A DNA stretch of 64,000 bases from Candidatus Omnitrophota bacterium (GTDB taxonomy: Bacteria > Omnitrophota > Gorgyraeia > Zapsychrales > Zapsychraceae). Below the pieces are notes generated by a model that worked only from the letters and a program-made list of their open reading frames with translations, was not told where the DNA came from and ran no database searches. Both the position numbers and the translations under genes were made by a program. The stretch is taken from contig JAGQKV010000005.1 in the NCBI GenBank assembly GCA_020429915.1, positions 136,279 through 200,278 of the forward strand, read 5' to 3'. Shown here piece after piece: positions 63,901 to 64,000 of this stretch. Position 1 is the stretch's first letter. Every line of letters begins with the position of its first letter.

Positions 63901-64000
63901 GACGAGGTCAAAACCGTATTGACAGCCGGGCGCCAAAATGACGACGAGCAGGTGAAAATTATTGCCGGTGAAGTCGATACGTTACGTCAAATCAGCGACT
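36946..64000 (+). CDS. Giant multi-domain protein, 5' part (at least 9018 codons; ORF continues past the window end)
   Basis: Frame 1 (coordinate mod 3 = 1) is open from the ATG at 36946 to base 64000. I checked codon by codon at about 15 sampled sites. Every + ORF of 60 aa or more in the track between 36.9 and 64 kb lies in frame 2, and none lies in frame 1. The translation is protein-like throughout. The ORF is absent from the track because it has no stop in the window. Confidence 0.8.
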   Translation, partial: MDEKPDNLEPEESGNPSPQGEDFRLSPDLVNPDSQADTVPGKTLELNFAEDDDVGVHPGQIDLGPYVESDRKMPTFHSRFHSWMKAVSLAIILVFVPEQASWAFNYNPLVLWGDKSAYPSQSAAQPHGAEFNELVSEHIAGSVYKLLGDVAYKDNARVKLQLPAGGANSDQDVSLNVNIKGENPFNLEYINQVVSWLRQPEIHPLNCGVYALRDILTAYEIDVELEELSVSSLAVDLMSHIVKPGEPKLKTSLYSISKIVDAYGLGFRNARLPPQDVAKIDPPFIASFNNEHFVTVTAIQDGIVYYNDIGRPSQLSEASFVSQLSGFVLARNLNQHQNLEVEYIPDSMAAFVWGDKWRDQSDDLPGMYGFWDEFGGIIIGLALAGIGYGLGQLAEMYKTVDMLAKLAQLFGSLGQMLGGGMAAFAVSFVFSYGLSQFASSVATVCYMKGACSEEGAMLLNIGISVGGNLWAGGVIEAANAGVTSASGATLGTMMMAGLKQAMVNLPSALAYSLVKRFVMVKVAEFLIKELDLADEDGEVDILTQTLVNIVGGAVGGIIGSAASAGVQWVGGKIVGDSGNQGGSVTHDSEGKVNGYTPNYSIYTNAQASGFFMDFMSQALTNELTGAFNQLVGLAGRYLLDAVGVDADSVLSQVFGQMMSSLMAVSMEASAAADLDEHRDEIEEELTNILVEEGHLRRSGDTLEVVADKKPTQAQMDEYTQRAMNKVRGGIGFLSRLSGAFSQMGGGFMNLFNSGRTNNSGTPGAPPVDPTNLVGTAPGSEAGEGKGEGKLDLTAAVDLALNQQGAAVSLSNFQFNRTFNLMTQTMMTEVTGMILRGLISLVAAAVMDVIENEFVEGEREGVNQTDRFTLFITRLITFGVMTGVTAAVAIATSEDVVTPDGKAATAAAGESGGATGSFLNADPDNATTRNGMSKSEQMWFFALEPFANLFMGMVRSMATANGTSPLFFSFEEIGNGGQALTDEQKNDPALVNYLWAKGADASGAEVANMAGPWGDINRVLAIKRSREGSEQAMAEERARAKAEHPSRSDEELDLYYGGEQAWNRTLTGLWNLIDQNRYSGTYVLDMMNNHLLGAMTNLTANPFINMVEFLAPALGEGATAWMAGHGLQPKQLIYQQGMSGQFELGVRGMSSRLVLGDGEAPVRIFSEFYVQTGMADFFYDLDDLTDAEINLLIKKTFGEDSQLTRADLEKDKNLEWEVQQTYIGLVMLANGADPEDQGAILRMASRSWVLGTAVEPEDIMISQVLTDAGVNNYYSKDEATGALNFFRLPGGADGGNLEVYDQNYPTYINSNYWKQSELVAYNMNNPGGEVQTEGGWQKIADSEDHNARNIPGNENVRANGMAAALNAIAALIAEGQITMTQGEALMAALRSGDETAWNNNEGGKVMARLNGVTTPTRDRVVQVERPNGNGTVPEGAQVIQGPNGINFYMDDAGNIIFAGATGDGAEVISEGSVTLPLPAGAPEGVATLTKDGNVVIKDETTGEVLGTYTLAQLFPGMSTDGGASPTATSSGGGEALSFAAVFKNIENARLTGFFTDTTPLAEGETAEGRDRAFASYWINERFGGNLQLRMRYGSIVEAGLNDGYFDRVVEFSVREGQLVAFQSRNLMALTPFAVHYSGFRFGAAQNRDSDGNPTDGFARYFFVFEQAIGNDGQGGLDKGDTVEIFRLGLTAGVEGDFEAALKDVPEENNAATGRGKGTIPTRTISQVAYSEVGNPLFFSEADRSNAAAGLRGRMLGLANAMTTRQGVANAPGLIQQLFAAIDSHREATTGYRSISRTARNEALAAALSYDGTVGFRFEHRTGSVINPITFKTIDDEGSLTMAMIGSKSNGTSQFQLAFGGTNMTLDNNGLRAGNGALVLINTVGAYNILNIVNGGWLSGNLNDGLQYASFLAFYNGRVATLTGFNPGSNFNNGTEGWSEGALLQELHNLYGRDMSGALTGASLSVNSRQLFRWIDAGDDDRINGILSLQHMARILFLTMSERPEGLNLSGITADMLAELFIASSQEGFDLATYINRPDTLNLPKDANTLAKVQAAIDFISSGDYQVNGAGSLFQVAVPEGEEERDVKTATEETLNNLMARVMAGVVEAVRSDDNLAHHPNLSNALSGPDPYLALLASGGAAPATEGETEDARLLRENVQGRAGAGYVGAAPVNITAAEGDSAMWGQRYTAAGTGTYHYDSEGRLQFLANLVGKYVQWDPASQTATLFNSDGPAVNLIVDPEMRKYVYETGIRAGINRLRARDQNAAADALEAVLQQTLAATNGIVSANAMEAFLTGTGNGTMAQFLSGSDAAKLLEKDALLTTIGQAMVVAADRVNSGVGIPEGAVQTFNRQIVLTERGVYTADSILVFDSMQAVPNIAGLRVQNLIIRYQRGQAPEFFAFGLTPRFEYKGPASALAQALLAASGQLQMVRFDGEVTITGMIRNSLLGSSAGAMPLISVLTGDINATIKDGATGSLARFDGTTLTGDLSMRDKFTFRNVEFSTDRDDGTFRIRLSGPEGYEDVRGEGDVEGNGPDMGLGRALNPNYTAVNPTPLGSGVDKNQQPDTTGNLAGLIDNAVFVDRGALSNLYGFFDGGGAVATAGLTEETRNATLYYVREGGGYQAIVPAPVTEATPDGYVAVGSPMRGMVTDLTAPGSSIALVGGVWELITQGRASLASDNLRVIVRNGVIADEHAGRGYDSGWLYLDGVRGSIARFMQFGEFDIVGGRVVVRTGQTNVDDPITLNNRGKVIIPTQGLAEGTDVSSLVAGGRAVQLPEDMIELTGEYGLVDPALGLGQALITYADAIAVTYNQTREDRFGSRILMRRQTGVDEQSGEPVFEYKMVDGDEARQLRNAEGARVWREYSPRSNESVILQGNTYSLVSSTEATQLVNAQQAQLVGVADLRREFLLRNKDGEVRTITLRDLIFGEWREDAETGEISLVEGRGAVKAGLETVRYGLEGLSRDNRLQITYGQNGISRIYMPEGAEQQIMSRPEGQRMLNWSGFRSGITNYSFGQRDGNNMTFLFAPFVGFAREPNNIQPVMVAAGPPTPQGAMARDDLAEAIGVVENFIAQQGGEPASEQFVREYAAALVDLNNGPNAEDADLRAAMLLGMVMDGSYADPEAVMAQFGPAYIGPAEGTMIPLTRDGVAVTEDRGGSLARSVLYLAGGDGIIDVANGVSINNDPSPSGPAPELTDREREIRSDTRSSFMVRGVGPLDENGVTDDGWVVAEGLRGDVPFLNRLRTEDFSNGSITPFGPAALNQTITEEARAGLQGDSRIVFSMGSGGPGPDGDIFTGNLTLNYTNANIVADPTTELNALRAPFIFVMESDPDAPRLADPFYEGQGATPQLLVLTENEGGLASLVPNDDSTAQIVNWQGARLMRGRIFKATGADDLAGYIVRDGTVRFFGANALFFAGYGFERGVYEGLDSNAAGDGTGERASQRVYHELFEKTAGLYRLGASGDWEFTNYTDPDWLRSQGLSEPIQIVGLREVSGVSAPRTEGRWIATNLQPSPQLGFDVDGDGKISIREGQAPKFFFRERADGFIAFDGDEPAQQFGSRWRFLSDGSVDVVLTDGAPYPLQMTSTTYNNMSDAQRNPDMVLRVILDQGFNRGGLKDEQLRADIEHRFNLLVAGTWTSRRARRDDDWKSPLRRQAIEETIMSDDTPLSALGIDREALEQERGRPLTAGEVTALRREKVAAFFNQVQPGAGDALAAGEGAPGEGETPQGGPLEFLGRRDASGRIRVEGQYADRELHGPETLVIAGKYDPETNTGDNRLYALLDDDIVGRESSLHLRRGTFNRSRGRAFFELVDNPAITDIRFANQGVYDRRATVPQVVVAADGSVSYRFPMVRRGMDLPPDFDYASRLAEFEAEVDRYAGRYSNRPNADAIEARFARMISNRWLREINNNENFTYGIEYDDIMGMAGEFGVGQGGMTGRQLSAWITQILIHRQDPTEGGMEGLGGQLLSNGFVYLPADGFAAGSRLEKQSFVNTLEDLRNWGLISISDRDMRAIRNGDALSRRETDFDFNVNSPFAEHRESLPEGRAGTNFAAEQQARLDAGGATVAEMGMARMGLLEAMQFAIASGLTTREELSAGLLERANRGDQAAADLLALFNNGLQGEEFRGAMEGARSAEVIRVYTERFQHDDFKAVWGFNEEGQFGALQVRDFNRSEGWFDWIGNENFTASGLTGQESGTTGEIDDDEAVYVSRNEWQDLTTLGDAGGREPSEKTFEEAYQENKGGTLAQLRAIESFGPLRYAGQGWGMADDDTGTIFYGEDGKLRTGWINRSNDQEAIMRNIGGENALRFAGQLDSMGTVATIMGALVILDVVITVVEVVAIIATGGLGTPVAAGAGEGAKQGIKAGVRFGVRYGARRAVMGTMRKYGVHAALEVATRLAAHTAATRGTRLLAGIAVRGLAPISRRLMAPGVVGAFMRGASVSYTKRRLIAYGLIGGSINAALGSYARGEVSMETFTDFAHGAFLFGLLSRRAPAKAAGSALQRGLTGSLMAGAQRASEAVRSTNLGGRVASTMLGRGVTSAGFILGAGVFGGSVAALQLGSRMRGNEAPGLYESLAIGGLATAAILGGGRLAAAQFGGAYAGAKQFGQTIASIGLLGLGVGTLVHGTDMSLEERTAKLTGDDLGFMYRTRKALTGGLQTASYMTIVAGGMRGLGYAATAELKTGSRVGVSMLTGAGFGGAMRANYLAWNSDTADVMWDNALLDIGTYAAGGGFLLGPTALLAMRAGASSPHAIREQMARTALRQAGRELAQTAKLDSRAIEMALRSKTPQQLARLERAVRWELAAPRTFGELSMRGKVLNAVGFAGVGGAGKVGYEYFFNSSAENPYSVGQGVADFIGGAGLAMLALFAIRGAKNLSLLRNFSDDAAFQSARLGAAAKGVEAAGPRSAAQALFDQSAAGAAKWTLVSPAFTIGGALWTGLAARVETMIDGDESRYRKFFGPGRLPAFILQTEGGYINLISGQGLQAVYDSAVTGPLHGLWMAPAFGTFQVLGGNVRPGGGIRTAAGRFLQAVQRGPGESAGKIVSTLYRDVGYMPGLVTLTSTAVDFFSNGSNTVSLSALARFIDNSGLGQELNAKFAGQEVGAVRESRYTEVEVNGETKYQFKYGNAVEGTNRPVVFSHYELEAAGYAAFLGLPQVGERTKQLRTQARDAEAEGNYATARQLATEATRIDRYDTEAWGIRLRSERGLALSRGIPLREVSDSHNELLEVALSTGDEAFINDAKLQQGIYKSDVNKMAADKYIYYGLREVENAYNATSAAERGQFEAAALQFFARAEGAVDRAMSHNPSNVDALAARANIAKGQALLRGDYAQPEVQASIIEGFRQAQQLAVREFGAKSDVVNHFDMAIKAEEGRMAEARMKESWRQLGRTEAGAELDSTLVAKGVADAAEMRAKMVDGDYTASTLFVAAEFDRMSHGDRGFLERDATTGNDIGAKRFHAYEGEMSRALELARSANDAKLADVISANLNAVRFQRYTHEGYQAATEPGRDLQLAYSKFGQARKYADAVSAEAAEKAESNFQIIADLLPSEMLAKARLSTSEWGTIHQFEATRVEANAPKQAQDAADAAQSSYEAMLRTMSPEKASVLPEVNFRAWAQIQGKAGSPSARVQGLARIAKAQHLRGESTQVIDRLITRMESQKGKSPEGTAQVIARQIDREIDQEIRDVRDFKDNVKPYGKPTETFTDRNGFTEAQLRIMGRYNNAANAFFETGGKVPVGAEVPVAREFRLAGDEYRPMLQEMTPDLASRLSTDNYRRWLGIASDGKITTGDRSVGADKGGDQTGLQATVSGDLSVDAAVTIAKAAFLRGDTTTLELMRGRIETSKTDDAVSQRVALESWMKSTKPNQQADLTEAGFEVIDLASAVKTAPESSDLGPVTIRHTPMPSSGHSSTRRSSGSDFSVISQSGDAKDVEFAREGLAGEMNIGRSGMDRKAMQGVAVREAGDVSGEGRRQEDLSAILTGVDLRWQSTTDGKQFKEMYKGIDFEPIVWGSRPYEAGADAKDFALLVDNVTGLRNELRIAQGNAENSGGYKARIEKDVNQRIDAALDKFLQDRSPNTSRDAIKEFVVEQADQILQQYDRAGAAYRHAKKDFDAHGTPGREAQSEILSLFFTTINEMAMIERNPSLAGNNRIGRVMSAPTGAGKSVALALALDYLTRIKTAGDKTTIVAVPNLSVKKEVMDIARIMGTRINDVSVGSGGETGKSLSLAKESINIALHSEAQQLLLSGRLGKDGTVKNYRLFVDEIDEFIRMNDMREGDSSAKDVEQLRNSTLPADRRLLRREQSLREDIEIFAQIVESRIRGFENQGDIANPAGRVVELLDNGKTRFIDHDGIMAEFKAALAERKGMSNPEAAFRAFERELREVSTETNHKRDDAGNIIQEGTPVNFNTLINEIGASIRRGEGSGGASYDKGSITKVATVDRGGRQSDTTPEVREQAMANAVTALMRAARDGRLEQNSPDAEIAFQLALRQKPASRVARASDVIGQADMFIGFSATAQSVKFYLENIEGAEIRVVRSESNKEIDSTERSELMLLNDDSVRDIVGPDRSVRRQIALIERRILGTSREDTKSTDLNRDRIWVKLDSNNQVVRAEKGQEGAIEINRSPVTGLLIQNLALFEALSKPGTRLREGTGAEKYDVVSAASGSEKAETAAKAKIQRALSTDLVVEILQTHREIAAARESGDSAKVSELDAKLQRLESERNVVVVYNGLVTGSNILGANAGVRSLRAQVEAGEFAVKELTEMAKAVSGETTRSGLDSRLNTLLNYVSDADKFGLTKSASSVQGALKEAMDLSRQLGETTDAGKASALSSRIATRLQEASNEVSRELRPMQESYDLTSKINVVSWGAKPTAETSQALGRGDINEDVGSKRARVNKALSVIAIHHEGDIMSDSLIRAAEGILAKGGGEQRDADVMEMFRKIMDEAGFRGEMNQVVQVVRQGTRTNVVESKVMELAGKRAEQIKMDRLLNVLNTVNARNTGNRLTTISTLSGSAYEGFAAAVDSGYAQTGKFSDLKRTTITAVQDLPTLGLFANETLDIESGIIQGRAAAPQVKIHFEATMADVENKAGAVLDAIEFNKRGFAQRLANAAVTESKTDAMPMAVANFGDSTLDATQQMAVGRLTQLLPSQVEALAKESGLSTELARELGEQVEALQEFANTNLGTQRVSVYSSADRPLSEIQLNQIQKNLQANAAQFKGVKQVILQNRDVDQADSMEAIKLGTENQTAPVILPANIVTQTISTPITITPMTLPTMTMPMSRGATTGADQSIAFSSDRRIPVVSTAGDLSDVESGTLKQNLGSDDAFKDVSEIVLFDSTTGQTDNTFIVEEYGQKTLFVNRQLTQKLASRPVTLGTARDEVGIIESTRTGAPARVLMAETSGQTRSQVKVNVFNMPEATTARTRPVAVLAYRMPDAADKGKPITYERMEIDGGTVRIDTAQRRRSQIANLTRDLQKAEASGDLKAVDQLRVRIEKLEIDNAGSPETSVVLVPKLDEFGNPQLAGIMVDNLFVPNFDTAKERQSEIALLTQSLKQAEDNGDTARVQNITQQIQDLKINAPAVHEAGVTITRSIPVSREIAGNEGGVVTKPVQVSQHIRFDGFMADSVAVVLEDTDVGMDAGDIIFMSPASSNDNVLLVQSGDKARRDAGLPLVRRDSRGSKDLKGAIVFGQYIDLDQPLTSVKITNFGRGSDQGADIERVANDVAQISPDMMLALAKASNLDAATGKQMVAEVRAFQDRLTNNPAGEFTREEVQSSLGTVFSAIDRAPDMGANLKIAALPVSESKGLPSLQPIVIREAVLSDQSFTRGINLLSQIKPEIIPVLAKAARISSTDAKLMAGEVRSLQRSFSSSVSGVMSINQIKGLARRTVAAMEQNSDFADAVRSAAKATETGSYEFVLDDNGRQALESLDLGQYVETGKDQGSGYIKTQIPKAVIGNVIVNQIRTQRLARLADVIENDSRYIQDATSLGTEYIVDAGDDVATELVRQNSRLANQLIKSGEGARIDALLTEMELAIQTRQPISRNQIAALSDAIRPLVVASTDNPELNIKSGSTSIQFGQKRLTIEAQAGSPDARDLELAMSNLQNVDRIAQALPAVQRVAFSTRDDADTPDIGFSDDGQTLVIKKSRVKALAQAGADSAAVVGGMQVNSQSVPREQLGVSGRPMEFDNLSITQKAALRFLPRLNPASIQSIAKSAADAQIIASEVQAIKKEIGAEGAVTLDKLAKVAPRLVEAVVTDGGLGVDQRGLSLNLTNAAGEKSGRRTAFKWMPRIESSDLPTLVKSMTPSEIGEMARKFDIPVLEITNPMEAIRFTEHMTPSDIKRMVESAEAPEILEAVVSLGIDFEDRSGKEKGIEKLTSEVATRLSNQLARAQQNAGGSAGSLATTLSTEAPDLIKFLSSNKDMAQQAQSLALANRISRKLTPQLIEIKNKAMSGEAVSVDTLAEEIAPDLTRAIRNNSDFAAQTRVLAAVRTLTKMNGIQFGNALRSDAGSKLTDKEMMEVQTQFRDLKTQVPEGVNISMEELKAIAPKIVEVVASNGEFRRALNDAASGPSLATKIVANVASDVDQLNLDIARLEATIASSSQGSGANAPSVVGIGQVDSVVTAAALRVMLGADTSDMQAKLAGVGVTVDEFDVAGRLKAVQEMNFDKPVVELSDIEKADPELVQKVRKNKDIARVIVENAAVAVIRSMTPKQFEQISRQYRPTLGSDNVSKMEAEIADIEMNRAPGASVQEVDVAQQAPALMTAVKLNPQFAASIASLGTDSVDSVAVTRQAPILDNLLRRKKTKIFSTLEAKTAIKTLDIKVLGNVVTELQMAGELSESEADAVMTGINIARSDPSMLSDNHRMQNEAPALFGALNRSQIVSRLKQEVSRPREADKFVALSQMANISRDDLGAALKESGYLAGRDNILKQFDKIQSNPDPDVRVDLELMAKAGAPDLAKAFDNARFTHTMASRVDSSVAKTQVLAARAVEVVDSDEVKTVLTAGRQNDDEQVKIIAGEVDTLRQISD
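37520..37880 (+). other. Peptidase C39-like (papain-fold cysteine peptidase) domain within the giant ORF
   Basis: WLRQPEIHPLNCGVYALRDIL gives the Gln and Cys (Cys codon at 37564-37566). NNEHFVTVTAIQDGIVYYND gives the His (codon at 37819-37821) and an Asp/Asn. Order and spacing match the C39 catalytic arrangement. Confidence 0.55.

Overview
Window from a diderm bacterium, roughly 50-55% GC, with three parts.

(1) 1-12.5 kb is the canonical replication-origin neighbourhood. On the minus strand: parB, parA (with a consensus parS in their leader), a Jag_N-only mini gene, yidC and rpmH. Divergently on the plus strand: dnaA, dnaN, a DUF721/DciA-like gene, gyrB, gyrA, then a promoter-driven tRNA-Glu(UUC). 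DnaA-box/AT-rich oriC candidates flank dnaA. rnpA and yidD are absent between rpmH and yidC.

(2) 12.9-16.5 kb carries housekeeping genes: a small SAM-dependent methyltransferase, a D-2-hydroxyacid dehydrogenase, a CN-hydrolase, an orphan pilin-like gene and an LDH-like malate dehydrogenase.

(3) 16.7-35.5 kb is a large Tad/Flp-type pilus locus whose pilins carry archaeal Epd-like class III signals ([KR]-[GA]|Q-S-x-I-E-Y). It contains a PPIase lipoprotein, CpaB, a secretin with a C-terminal TonB_C domain, a fused MinD-like(CpaE)-CpaF ATPase, a DUF192 gene, a 552-aa protein with an IS630-like N-terminal HTH, then ELEVEN consecutive pilin/pseudopilin-like genes. Among the eleven are a 430-aa TadE-like protein and a 1306-aa Cys-rich TadG-like protein. 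TadB and TadC follow. No prepilin peptidase gene is present in the locus.

(4) After a 1.4-kb AT-rich spacer (carrying a duplicated 16-nt palindromic element, a promoter and a terminator), a single giant ORF on the + strand, frame 1, starts at 36946 and is still open at 64000. That is at least 9018 codons. It is absent from the supplied ORF track because it has no stop codon inside the window. Its product has an N-terminal hydrophobic segment (signal peptide or membrane anchor), then a C39/papain-like cysteine-peptidase-like domain, then glycine-zipper membrane helices. A second glycine-zipper membrane block lies mid-protein. A DEAD/SecA-like P-loop (Walker A APTGAGKS plus Walker B VDEIDE) lies about 6150 aa in, and tandem helical repeats lie further downstream.

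The pilus locus and the adjacent giant gene are the most novel content. The combination is reminiscent of Omnitrophota/PVC-type genomes, but this is speculation; no taxonomic assignment can be made from the sequence alone.
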